Source: Podarcis pityusensis (Eukaryota). From it: DNA of 64,000 nucleotides. A program made the position numbers and the translations under genes. Positions 11,846-55,639 of this stretch are shown piece after piece; position 1 is the stretch's first letter; every line of letters starts with the position of its first letter. The notes under the pieces were generated by a model. The model worked only from the letters and a program-made list of their open reading frames with translations, was not told where the DNA came from and ran no database searches. Location: assembly GCA_964106645.2 (NCBI GenBank), contig OZ067042.1. One strand, given 5' to 3'.

Positions 11846-12220
11846 GGCCGCGGCGGGGTCGCCGGCCTTCCCGGGCCGGGTCGCCAAGGCCCGCTCGCCA
11901 GCTTCCGACGCGTTTCCAAGGGCGGGCCCGGGCGCAGGCGCAGACGCCTTCGCCTCCATCCCGCTCACGGCAGAGCCGGCACGCTGGGCCGGGGCGGGGC
12001 TTAAACTGCCTGCCCCGCCCCTCGTCCTCTTCACCCAGCTGCGCGAGCCTGAACCAAACGACTTGCAGGGGGCGGAGTTAGTCGCGGCTCTGGACCTCCA
12101 GGGGTGGAGTCAGATGAGTGGGCGGAGTCGCCGGGGAGACCGTTAGTACCTTTTGGCGGCGTTGTGCTCTGCGCTTGCGCGTCAACTGAGATAGGAATGC
12201 CGCGGTTGACGGCGCTCGCC
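11660..12220. promoter_or_regulatory. CpG island and CFAP410 promoter with GC boxes, an RFX X-box-like site and an NRF1-like site
   Basis: Sharp rise in GC and CpG content around exon 1. GGGCGG boxes at about 11991, 12069 and 12120; GTCGCCGGGGAGAC at 12127-12140; GCGCTTGCGC at 12171-12180. Confidence 0.85.
11769..11845 (-). CDS. CFAP410: CFAP410 coding exon 1 (77 nt)
   Basis: ATG at 11845; [25 protein letters not shown](W); donor TG|GTACGG. Confidence 0.95.
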
Positions 12221-12760
12221 TGTTCCTCAAATTAATTGTTATTATCGCTCCTACATTTTTTTCCAGCCAAGAACCTCAAAAGTAGCATACATGGAGCTTA
12301 GGCCCCCCTTTTTTGAAATGCTAAAGCGACCCTGTGCGGTTTGTATGTTTGACCCCGGTGTGGGTTAAGGTGGTATGTATGTATATTGAAACTATTTTTT
12401 ATGAGTTTTGCTTCTATCTTGTCTTTCCTCTAAGGAACTAAAAGTAGCACATGCGGTTTCTTCCACTCCAATTTTATCCTCACAGCGACCGTGTAAAGTA
12501 GACTACGCTGAGAGATTGCAACCTGCCCAGGGCAAAGCTTGTCAGTCTGAGTCTATACCTCAGATAATCTGGGCAGGAACAATAATATCCAACAAATAAA
12601 GCTAAACTTCATAAGCAGTTATACTTGAGTGAGGAACACTGCACTAAAACTGTTTGAAATATACTGTTCTGGCTCAGTTTGTAGATCAGGCACACAAAAA
12701 ATCTAGCCATTACATGCCTATCCTGTACCCATTTACTTAGAGGTTTTGATGATTAAGCAG

Positions 12761-12967
12761 TACAGTGGCACCTCGGTTTTCAAAAGTATCCATTCAAGTT
12801 CTGAAACCAAGGTGCAAAGGGTGCAAATTTAATTGAGAAACACTCAGTGGAAGCCATTCGACTTCTGAGGCACATTTGAAAATGGAAGCATTTACTTCTG
12901 GGTTTTCAGCCTTCAAGTTCTGAAACGTTTGTCAGCAGAGATGTTTGAAAACCAAGGCACCTCTGTA
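12761..12967. mobile_element. Tc1/mariner-type MITE
   Basis: TA|CAGTGGCACCTCGGTTTTCAAA ... TTTGAAAACCAAGGCACCTCTG|TA. Confidence 0.75.
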
Positions 12968-13323
12968 TATTAATCCTGGTAAAATAAATTTACTTTGCAA
13001 TTGGCTCCATTGGTGCTAGTGCAACATCCAGTCTTCAGAAAGAACTATGCAAATTTAAAAAGTTTCTAAATAAATAAAAACAAACAAAACAACCTTTTGA
13101 GTTACAACATTGTGTGTCTGGGAGCTTTGTTTTGTTTTTGCTAGTTTATTATGTATTTTGTGTTTTCATGTTGTAAACTGCCTTGTGATCTTCGGGTGAA
13201 GGGTGGTATATAAATTTAAACAACAACAACACCTTGTTTTTCATTGTATCTGTGTGTCTTAATAACATGGGCCGCAGATGCCCATGATTACCTACCCACA
13301 CCACTCATTAGCAATTGATAAAT

Positions 13324-13325
<2 letters not shown>

Positions 13326-13357
<32 letters not shown>
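13326..13357. repeat. (AT)n microsatellite
   Basis: Directly visible dinucleotide run. Confidence 0.9.
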
Positions 13358-13358
<1 letters not shown>

Positions 13359-13559
13359 CATGCAAGGTGAAAATCACAAGAATGGAACAAATGAGTTTGG
13401 GGAAAATGCAGTAGCTGAGTGAGGATGGACAAATTTAAAACAAGATGGAGATTATTATAACTTGGTAACTAACAAGACTTAAATATTATAGATGGGATCA
13501 TACTTTACTGAAAACCATAGCTGCAGCTTGTAACTGTTCCTAGTCTTTTGTACTCTCTC

Positions 13560-14215
13560 CTAAAGAATTGGGATTTGGCCAGAATTAGCCATGATCTGGT
13601 AATCTCTAGATTAATTACCACAACAAATTTCACTCTTACTGGAGTTGCCACTGCTTAGAAGTTTTACTTTGGACAATTTGCAGCTGCTGAGTTTATTTTT
13701 ATTATTTGCTGTCATCTGTAGCCTCATCGCAAGAGTTTTCTATTTGTTGTTGACTAATACAATATTACACAAGTACACTTGTACTGGCTACAATTAAACT
13801 TCTGGGCACACAAATCAAAGTTCTGATTTTTTTTTTTTAACCCCCGTAAAGTCAGAAATTGTCAGGACTTGGCATACTTGAGAAACAACTTTTGTGTTTG
13901 TGAACTTTGTCCCCTGTTGTGATCTGATCATATGGCCCTTGGTGTCCTTTCTATGGACTTTAAGGGAGGCAACTAAACTATCCATTGCCATGAAATGCCT
14001 AATTATGCTTTTTTATGGTGCTTAATTATGTAGTACCTGAATGCAGCTGGACTTCCATTCTTGTGGTCTTCTTCTTGTTGCTTGTGTCATTTGCACTGAT
14101 TTGTAAACTTTACTGTGTTTTATTTATTGGTGTATTTACTGTTTTATCTCACTTCTTATATTTTAACTGTTGGCAACCACCTTGAGGGCTGTTATGATAT
14201 GGTGGTACTGTATGT
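13560..14215 (+). mobile_element. Degenerate L2 LINE fragment
   Basis: Remnants CATGATCTGGTAATCTCTAGATTAATTAC (H.LV.SRLDY-like) and CACTTGTACTGGCTAC (LHWL-like), plus a tail resembling 8725-9232. Confidence 0.5.
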
Positions 14216-14764
14216 AGGTTAACAAAAATCCATAAAAGGATACACTTCCTTGAGGAAAGATGTCTAGAGCTTGTGCAACAAATAAGTGACAACTTGGCAT
14301 TTATACTACAGTGTGGATGGGAAAAGATGCTTGTCTCTGACTGCCCTTTATCTCAGTCACCAGAGCACCTTTCATATTTCTTCAGCATATATCCTAGAAG
14401 CTGTTTGGTAACCTTGATGTCTGAGATTAATGTACTTTCCATCTTTTCTAAAGTAATTTTTTACATAATTGCCTGTTGGTTTTTCCTTTCGCAGAGCTGT
14501 AAAAACTTGAAAAGCACTCCTATTCATGAGCACTCAGGGGCACCTTCTAAGCTCATTAGAGCTTTAGACATACTTGCCTAAATAGACTTGGATCAGGACC
14601 TCAGTGGTTATATTGTAGACAGCATGATGCCAGCCAGATGGTGGGGTGGAGGGCATCTAAGTTGGCTGAGAAAAGAAGCAGCTAAATCAGGAATAGCCAA
14701 TGTGGTGCCTGTTGTGGACCATAGCTCCCATCTGACTGAGCCAGCATGACCAATGGTCGGTGAT

Positions 14765-15352
14765 AATAGAATCCTAGAATTGAAGGGATCCTGAGGGTCA
14801 TCTTGACCAACCCCCTGCAATGCAGGAATCTCAACTAATGCATCCATGACAGATGGCCATCCAACCTCTGCTTAAAAACCTCCAAGGAAGGAGAGTCTAC
14901 CACCTCCTGAGGGAGTCCATTCCACTGTCAAACAGCTCTTAATGTCAGAAAGTTCTTCCTGAAGTTTAGCTGCAATCTCCTTTTTTGTAACTTGAAGCCA
15001 TTGGTTTGTGTCCTACCCTCCAAAGCAAGAGAAAACAAGCTTGCTCCATATTCCATGTGACAGTCCTTTAGATATTTGAAGATAGCCATCATATTTCCTC
15101 CCTGACTCCTCTTTACCATGCTAAACATACCCAACTCCTTCAACCATTTATCATAAGGCTTGCTTTCCAGATCCTTGATCATCTTGGTTTCCCTCCTCTG
15201 CACATGTTCCACCTTGTCAATACCTTCTTCAATTGTGGTGCCCAGAAGTAAACACAGTATTCCAGGTGGGGTCTGACCAAGGCAGAATAGAGTGGTACTA
15301 TTACTTCCGTTCATCTGGACACTGCACTTCTGATGCAGCCTAAAATAGCATA
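14765..15352 (-). mobile_element. CR1 LINE 3' fragment
   Basis: [31 protein letters not shown]...FKYLKDCH...RTQTNGFKLQ..R..LNFRKNFLT.RAV is the CR1 ORF2 C-terminus; 3' hairpin and ATTCTA-type terminal repeats at about 14765-14830. Confidence 0.9.
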
Positions 15353-16799
15353 TGAGAATAGTATGGTGATGAGAGTTGTAGTATAAAACTTAGAAATGGA
15401 GGGGATCACATGAGCTAACCCTGTGCTAGAGCTTATGCTACATATGTATTAAATTACTGGTTTATTAACTAGAATCTCCAGTTATAATACCTGCATCTGA
15501 GATAGCAAGATAGTTAAAGACCTTTGCCTGAGAGCTTGGAGAAGTAGTGGTCAAAGGAAATACTTTAAGCATCATGAGTCTCATGTGCAGCAGATGTATT
15601 AATAAGGTGATATAATAAAGAGGTGGTTTAATAGACAGTACTAGATGAGATTAAAGGTGAGTGGAATGCTTTCCCATGTTAAAAAATCATTTTAAGTAGA
15701 AAACTATCATATTGGGGACAACATTCTGGCTCAGCCTGTCACTTATTTTGCTGCTTTGGTAACTAGTACTTTGTGAGATAGGTGACTTACTATACAGTAT
15801 CTCCATTAAAATACAATAATGCTTTATGCAATGCAATGCCATTTTCAGTTATTATTATATCAATGATAATAGTGTGTGTGTGTGTAGGAAGGGAGTCTTA
15901 TCTTTTTAGAACTTTTCCCATTTTGGCTCTTATTCCCACCTTTAAATAATTTATTTTAAATGGTTTTGCATGTGTACATGGAAAGCTAAAATAAGGACTT
16001 CTGCTTTTAATTGCATTGCTCACGGATATTTTTATAAATAAACAATCTCCACTAGAAATGATTTTCTCCATCCACAACATTATTTTGGGGACAGCTATTT
16101 ATCAATATGTAAAGGGAAGACCCATGAAGTGGTAAGTGAATTTTGACCCTTGCTTTTACCACAAAGGATCCAACAGATATTATGGCAGCTGGAAGCATGT
16201 ACTGCTAGCGCAGTACATGCAGTAGTATTTATAAGGCTGGACTCTTGTGGTTGCATGTAGTCACAGTCTCTAAGATTTCCATGCAGGCCTACTACCTTGG
16301 GCCATTCCTTGGCTTTCCCCCCAAACAATTTAGTGTATTTTATCCTGATTATATGGAATATTGTGAGCTAAATGCAGTTATTCACTCTGGGGAATTGTTA
16401 GCCTATTTTTACAAGAATGTCACCATAACACTAGCAGGAAGGAGAGTCGGCTAATTGCAGTCGAGTATACTGCATCCATACTGTATGCAGATCAGACCCC
16501 AGAGGCATCTTAAGTTATTGGGGCATTATTTGTTTCTGATACATGTGGACTAGTAGCCACATTGGAACATGCATCAAAAAGCAATTTGACTTTCGCCCCA
16601 TCATTTGTATTTCTCATTTGGGGAAGCTCCTCAGTGGGACTGTTCAAAAACTAGACTGCTTTCTCTACAATTGTTCAAGACAGATGTGTGACTCTACACC
16701 ACACAGTCTAGCACACTCTGGATTTGTCTTCCTGTCCCAAGCTCTTGAGCGGGGCTGGGGACAGTTTCTTTCTGCAGTGTGATTTGTTGGCAAGCTGCC

Positions 16800-16895
16800 A
16801 ACCCTTGATCTGTCTCCTCCTCTTAACTGCAGTCACTTCAGAAAGGCTTCCTCCTCTCCAGCCATAAAGTGACCAGCTTGCAGCATGAGACAGAG
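16800..16895 (+). other. TRPM2: Putative non-coding first exon of TRPM2 (5' end uncertain)
   Basis: Strong donor GAG|GTATGT at 16895/16896, pyrimidine-rich Inr-like sequence upstream and ETS-like cores (GAGGAAG on the minus strand at about 16847, CAGGAAGT at about 16915). It could splice to the acceptor at 19111 or 19117 ahead of the TRPM2 ATG. Inferred; no transcript evidence. Confidence 0.45.
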
Positions 16896-18341
16896 GTATG
16901 TCCCTCGTGTCTGGCAGGAAGTACATGAGTAGGAGTGGGATCGGGAGGATGCTGCAGGAAAGGTAGAGACAAGCTGTTTGTGTGTGTGGCTTTTCGTTGC
17001 AAATTCTAAGAACCTTTAAAATGGGGGAGAGGGGGCTGAAGTAGCAAAGGCTGGGAATTTGCACATAAGTGATGCTTTGCACATTTAGAGATGGATAAAA
17101 CAGTCTCTGCAGAAATTGCTTAGTAATTCTACTGACTGGACTGAAATACTCTGCACTGCAAGGTCAGGAGAAATCCTTGATGCCTTTTAAACAGTCTGAG
17201 ATCGCTTTGTGCAATGCACACGGAACTGGATGCTTATGTGCATAGAGATATTAACTGTATGTGCATGCGTGGATTAGTTGATGCTTTGTATTTTCTTCTT
17301 TCAAGCTGTACCTCATTAGCTAATGTGTATTTATTCAGAAGTATGTGGATTCAATGTTTCTTACTCCTAAATAAGTGTGCATAGGATTGTAGTTTATGCC
17401 TATAGGAAAACCATGGCAAAGTGCTTACAGCGAGACCATTTATGAGACTATCCAGAGCTAGAAAAATGTCTTTTCGATTTTTGGAGTTAGAATGACATTA
17501 TTAGGAAGCTGCTGTGACAGAAGTGCAATCAGTACTAGAGCACATGCTGATACTTTTTATTGGGCTCTCAGCTGATGTGAACTTTGCTGGTTACACCATT
17601 CCCAATTATATGTCCACCTTCCCTTTGCTAGAAATATTTGAAGCATCATAAAAACCACCTGAGGTCTTTAGTCTCTAGTGGCATAATATGTGTTGTTTCA
17701 GATGTTTCCTTAAGTGAATTAAAAAAAAGGGGGGGGGAGATAATTGAATTACTAATCTTAAGAAAACAGTTTAAGATGCAGTATTGGAGCCAGAAAATGT
17801 AGATAACTCATATAAATGAAGAGACTTACCATAGTTTGCCCATTTGTATGTTTTTGTCTAAAATTTCTCAAATATTTCCCAACTAAAGAGAGATCAGGGT
17901 GGTGTGTAGAGAGGCACTGCTTACGGTAGGCATACAGCACAATTCTGAGCATGTTGGAAGTCTCACTGAATTCAAATAGGCTTGCTGCCTTGAAAGTATG
18001 CTCAGAATCGCAGCCTTAATGCGAGAACAACTGCTGTGCCTTTTCTTGTGGAAAAGACATTACATCTAGTAACAGATATAAGGATTTGCCATTATTAAAG
18101 ACTTCGGGTCTCCATGTCACCTTATACCACCTTGTGTACCAGTCACTCCTTAAACATTGGTACCTAAGATGCCTGGGTAGAAGACTAATAATGTATCCAA
18201 TAAAGGTGGGTTTCTCTGCTGCATAGCAGAAATTTCTTTCAGTGCAGAGAACAGCAGAAAACTGGATTGGATACTGGAAAGTATGTGAGAAAGAATTATT
18301 GACCAAACAGATTTTGCCATGATTCCCATAAAACGTTAGGA

Positions 18342-18572
18342 CAGACATGGGAAGCCTGTGTGGCCTTCCAGATGTTGTTGGACTCTAACTCTCATCCACC
18401 CCAGCCAACATAGCCAACGGTCCGGGATGATGGGAGCTATAGTCTATCCACTGCTGGAGGGCCACAGATTCCCTACCCCTGTGTTAGGCTGTCAACTTTT
18501 CCCTTTTCTTGCGAGGAATCCTATTCGGAATAAGGGAATTTCCCTTAAAAAAAGGGGAAAGTTGACAGCTAT
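18342..18572. mobile_element. Two abutting MITEs (hAT-type 18342-18481; short TIR element about 18486-18572)
   Basis: The first resembles the 1720/20762 family. The second has TIRs GCTGTCAACTTTTCCCTTTT / AAAAGGGGAAAGTTGACAGC. Confidence 0.65.
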
Positions 18573-19140
18573 GGTTAGGGCATTATGATGTAGTGGAAGA
18601 TGCAGAAAGTATTAAGATTATTCTATATTTTACTCTTACATTTGTCTTGTCTACAAATAAGCAGCATCAGTCAGGAGGATCTAGTCTAACTAGAAATAAG
18701 CACCTGGTTGACCACGGTGAGAACAGGATGCTAGACTAGATGGGCCTTTGGCCTGGTCCAGCAAGGCTCTTTTTGTGTTTTTAAGACTTTCCCCTGCTGT
18801 TGCTCAATTAACAGGACAACATTTATCCCTGTAGCTCAGTGCTTTTTCAGCATGTTAGTACTTAAAATATATTTGCGTAACTTGAATACTATTCATGACC
18901 TCAGTGTTGTGGTACTATCTGAACATGGGGGAATCTAGCAAATTCACCATAATACTTAAATTGAAATATGAGAAAATGATGGAAGTGCTTCAGTCAGCAG
19001 ATCCATTTTGGTGTTTCTAAAATACAGGTAGTGCACTCCTGTTGAATTCCACTATCTCTGAGGTGATGGTTTTGAGGGATCCTTTTCCAATTGTGTTTGA
19101 AGTCTGAACAGCAACAGTGAGTGAGCTGAGAAATATAGCC

Positions 19141-50404
<31,264 letters not shown>

Positions 50405-51249
50405 GGACACAGGACCATCACCCTTAGTCTTCCTCTCATTTCTCTCTCAGCTCTTTAGAAATGCATCAAAACCTGACTGACATCTTTCCCTCTGGTGATT
50501 TTCTTTGTGCGTTTTCTTTTTCCTGTGTGCAGAATAACACTTCAGCTGAACCTCACAAAACGACCGTAGAAAGCAATGTAACCTTGGCCCTTGCATAACA
50601 GTTAGTATTTGCCCCTAGAAAGAAAAGGGGCAGAGCATTCTTTTGTTGTTCTTCCTGGAGCAGGGCTGCTGGGGCACTGGATTTCCTTTTCAGCTGTTCC
50701 ATTGGCTAACAATGTATCTTGTAACCCATACAGATAATCCTAGCGCCCAGGATGGCGTTCTAAATCTGCAAAGTAGGCAGTGCAGTGGGGCCTGATTCTG
50801 GTTGTGATCACTGCTCTAACGGTAATGGAAAGAGGCCAGCTGCACTGCCTTCAAAATGCATGTCCTCTCATCAATGCTGCCTTTGGAAAAATTAGTCCTG
50901 TGTCCAGCATACAAGCCATTTCCCAAAGACTCTGGAGCTAGGAATTTGTCGCAAGCAGGCCATCAGCTTTCAGTAGATCAATTCACAAGTCTGATGTTGT
51001 TCCGTGACAAGTCTTTGGCATACTGAGCTGAAGAAGCATCTCTGAACCAGGCATTAGTGGTTGCCAAGGTTAAGAGAAGACGGCTCTTCCACTGCTACCT
51101 ATTGCTTTGCTTTCATCAATGCAGTTCTGGCCAAGTTGAGGTTGGAAATTCATTCTGACACTGGGTTCTTTTAAAGGTGTAACCAAATCCGTTCTTTGCT
51201 GTGGAGATATGCCAAGGCAGAAGGAACCTCTGCACAATGCTTCTTACTG

Positions 51250-51560
51250 TTTATTATTTATTACATTTGTATACCACCTTTTCCTTCAAGGAGCTTAAGT
51301 TGGTGCAAATGGCTGTTCCCTCTCCTTTTCTGTGAGGTAGGCTATGTGAGGGGAAGCCCAGCCAGATGGGTGGGGTATAAATAATAAATTATTATTATAT
51401 GTGGAGAGACAGTGACTGGTCCAAGGTCACTTTTCTGTGAAGTAGGTTATGTGGAGAGACAGTGACTGGTCCAAGGTCACCCAGTAAGCTTCATGGCCGA
51501 GTGGGGATTTGAACCTTGGTCTCCCAGGTCCTAGTCCAACACACTAACCATGACATCACA
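51250..51560 (-). mobile_element. tRNA-derived SINE with internal tandem duplication and nested LINE tail
   Basis: CCAAGGTCACCCAGTAAGCTTCATGGCCGAGTGGGGATTTGAACC...CAACACACTAACCA; see findings. Confidence 0.7.
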
Positions 51561-53114
51561 TGGGCTTTCTACACTGTTGATCCTAGACCCTGCAGGGTAA
51601 AGTTTTATAAAGTCTCCAGGCTCTTTTCAGTTGAAACTACAGGAGCTTTCACTGCAGTAATGGGAAATCTCTGAACCTTGGGGCAAATATAGCCCACCAT
51701 ATCCCACAATCCAGCCCACCAAGCCTGTATCAGTGAGCCCTGCCCACCTGCCAATCACCCCATGTCATTTTATGGAGATAAGAGATCCCTCTGCCTGCTC
51801 CTTAAGGGCTTATCTCCAATTTTAGTGCTAAGTTCCACAGTGCATAGAGATAAATTGTGTGCTTAAAAGTAAAAGGCAGCATTTCCACCCACCGCAGCAA
51901 TAGAGTGAGGGTGGATAAGAGAGTGTTGAGGGAGGGAAGTGAGTGAGAACCGTATGCCTTCATGTCTGATACATGTGTGTTTCTGACAATGGTAGGGAAT
52001 GGAGATATTGTACATGTGTTTCCTTTTTGGTAGCTTTTATTTTGCCCCATCCACCACAGGAATGTGGCCCCTAAAAGGCTGGCCAAATTCAGATCTGCCT
52101 CTTGGGCTTAAATAAGTTTCCTCACCCCTGTTCTACTGCAACATAAAACTAATTGTCTTCTCAATTTGCAAGTAGGCTGATAGCTAAATTGCATCAGATG
52201 TTGACATAATTATAATTGAGTTAGTTCATTCAAGGCACCCACATCATTTGAATGTTCTTAACCGTGTTCCCCTTTTCTGATTCTGTGCTCACCGTTTTGC
52301 CATCTAGCTGATAGTGTGTTGATTCTTGTGGTGAATCTGAGTGCAGTCTTTGAATCAAATTACTTTTCTCCATGCTCTCTTTGCTCCTGTCACAGTCATC
52401 CATAAGAATATAAAATGCCCTACCTGGATCAGACCAAGGTCCAAATAATCCAACATTTGATTTCCAATAAAAAGTGCAAGATGAAGATAGCTTCCCAGAT
52501 ATTTGGTTCCAGCATCTGGCAATCAGATGCATCATCTCTGAACATAACTGTTTCTGCTTTAGCTAATAGCCACTAAAATAAAACTTACCTCTAAGTATAG
52601 GCCTTTAGCCAGGGTGCTAAAAAGGCACAAAGCTCCATGTTTTCTTTGATGGATCCTGTACTGCCATTTGGATGCACACAGCTTTGTCTGCATTGCTTAC
52701 AGTTCTCTTGCATTTAATACACCCCTCTTTTTAGTGCTCCATATATTCAGTCTTATTCTGCCTTATTTATGGGGCAAATTGACTGTGCTTCGAGAGGCCC
52801 AGGCTCTCAGCTTTAAAAACAATAACGTACAAAACTGCAGCAACTTACCATTTCTATGTTTTTCATGCTAGAAGCTGTTGGGCCTTACCTAGTAAGGTTT
52901 AATGAATGTGGTGCCCCCTAGAAGTTGCCAGACTCCAGGTCCCACCAGCCTTAGCCAGTATGGCCAGTAGTCAGGAACAATGAGAACTGTAGTCCAACAA
53001 GATGGCACCATGATGACTACCCCAGATCTAAAAGACTGGTGCAAATGAAGTCAGTGTGAGTTCAACGTAAAGTCAATTTATTTGAGTTCAAAGCCTAAAT
53101 TAGTTTGCTTGAAG

Positions 53115-53261
53115 TAGGGTTGTCATACGTCCGGAATTCCAGAATATGGTAGTCGGAAACTGGGCGGAAAGCACTGAAATGTCTGGGACAATCCGGACAT
53201 ATGGCAACCTATGTTGGAACTTTTGTGTTTGGATTGTCACGTTTTGAAATATGCAACCTTA
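53115..53261. mobile_element. hAT (Blackjack-like) MITE
   Basis: TAGGGTTGTCATA ... ATATGCAACCTTA; perfect 8-bp TSD GCTTGAAG (53107-53114, 53262-53269). Confidence 0.85.
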
Positions 53262-54828
53262 GCTTGAAGAGTTACTGAAAGAATGTGACCACAATCTATG
53301 CCACAGCATGGTAATTAATATTAGTAACAATTTCTTGCTGTAATAGTAAACTCTGGATTTAGCCTCAGGTAAAAAAAGGAAAATGTTCCCCAAATATCAT
53401 AAGCTTATCTTGTGTTATGCATTCAATAAATTTCCATTTGTGTAATTTAAATCATGTAAAAGTTACTTGAAACATTACTACACAGTGAACTATGGCCAGA
53501 GTTACTAATTCCCAGTAATCTGTTCCACTAGTGTTTTGATACACTCTGAATGCTTTTTCAACAACACTACAAACCTCATTTGTTTCAATGGAGGGAGGTA
53601 ATTTGCACAGACAAATCCTTTTTGTTTGCCCTCTCTTTTGGCAATGCATAAGTGACTAGATGGTCCCTGCTCACAAGTACTCATTACACAGAAACAACAT
53701 TTTACAAAGGGTATTCCCATGAGCATTTTCACAATTCCAAATGGTGCTGGTCTAATCCTTCTTTGTAAGATACCACTAATCCATTATGTGTAAAATTAAT
53801 TAGAAGAAACTGCTTCAAATGCCATTACTGAAATGTTTTTGCTTCTGAGTTTTCTCTGGACTGTAGTGCTCCTACTTCACATTCTTCCTCATACTCACCT
53901 TAATATTGGGCCATCTTGATATTTCATGTTAGTCCAATGGTGCTAATGTTAATGGATTCTATGCTTATGCCTCACATTGGTCTGCTGCTGCTTAATAAAA
54001 AGCTGTGCTTTCGCCAAGTGTTGATATATCCATGCCAGAGATTCCATTAATGCCGCCACTTTTTATTTATAGGTGGAAAGATTGTATAATACACTGTCCA
54101 AGACTGCAGCTAGTTTTTCCTCAATAGCTTTACTCTCTCTGTTAATCTGTAGCAAAGTAGTTTGATCTCCCATTCATTTGCAGATTTCTTGTTTTATGTA
54201 GAAATATTCTAAAAGCCTGAGACAAATCTGGGAAGGTTCATGAAAGAGAACTTAAAGACATGTTTTTAATAGAATTGTATTGATGGGCTGGTCCCAGAGA
54301 ATATGAAACGTGAATATGTTGTGACCAAATGATATAATTTTAGCAGTGAGACCACTATCTGGAGGATTCAGATAACCTACTGTGCATGCCCCCTCCATAG
54401 TATACCCCACATCAAGCTCAGAGTAATCCTGTTTTGGTTTTCAATAAAAGCCTTATTTGCACATGCTGATTTATCACTACTGACTGGCTCATGCAAATAA
54501 CAAAGCCATTCCTCCCATCTTAAAGTGCTTTTTTAATAGTAAAGTGCTTACCAACTTTAAAGTTGTAAACAAATTTGAAATAAACCAAGTGGTTGAAAGC
54601 TACAAGACAAACAGGTGCTTGAAAAACCATCAGGATTCAGTTTGGAGCTTATGTATGCATGTCCTTTAAGGCGGCAGTTGGGAGAAGAGGTCACTCTACA
54701 GCAGAAACACTTGTGCACAGGAATGGGTAAGTGCATTCAGCCTAAAATTACACCTTTGATTGCACTCATTTTTTGCCCCTTAGACTATCCAGGCTTCAAA
54801 GGCCCAATTTAAAATTGAGTCCATGAGA

Positions 54829-55082
54829 CATGTGCGTAGCTGGGGGAGGGGCGCAGCTGCCCCCCTAAATCAAGTTTAAAAATTATTTCTATTTTTAGTT
54901 ATTTTAATCAGAATATTTGAAATTGAAATGCTTGCTGAGGTCACTTGGATGATGATGTGGTGCATTCTAGTGGTGATACGCATGGCTTTTATGAACTGAC
55001 CAATTGTGTCACAGGTAGCTCAGTTCTGGAACAAGACAAGTGGGTGTTCTGCCCCCCCCCCCAAATCCTGGTTACACCTATG
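54829..55082. mobile_element. hAT-type non-autonomous element
   Basis: Termini CATGTGCGTAGC ... GTTACACCTATG; 8-bp TSD CCATGAGA/CTATGAGA. Confidence 0.7.
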
Positions 55083-55639
55083 CTATGAGATGAGTTTGAG
55101 TTTGTGTGAACATAAGGAGACTTGCAAAAAGCACTCTGAAGGCCTATCTAATACAACATCCTGGCCTCACTAAAGCCAACAAGTTGCCTATGGGAAGCTC
55201 AAAGTACGGCCAGAGTGCCAATGTGCTCTCCTCCCTTGTAGATTTTAGGCAACAACATTTTAACACCTGTGACCAGTGAATAGTTCGGTAGTGTTGCAGT
55301 GTTGAAAATGGACAAACAAAAGCAGTATACAAATACAATTTTGATACTGAATCAAATATACAGCTTTCAAATAGTGCAGTTTTGAAGTTTTGAAAATGAC
55401 AACTGGTCTCCTGCTATACTACACACTGCATATTTTTAAGTGAGATCCCGAAATATTGTGTAATGTGGCAGCTATACAGCAAAGGACCTATGAACAGGAG
55501 CCTACTGACCACACTGACATCTCTCAGCCCATCTAAAAAGGCTTAATTGTAGTAGACAGAATGAGAAGTCCTTCCAGGCCTCAGGCCCCAGACAGTTTCC
55601 ATAAAGGTTTTCCCCTCTCTCAAAATTCCCTACACATCC

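Noticed and set aside
54945-55003. C/D-box snoRNA-like pattern TTGG-ATGATGA...CTGA-CCAA
   Set aside because: Only 59 nt, stem register does not fit K-turn geometry, not in an identified intron, and embedded in a hAT element with a TSD
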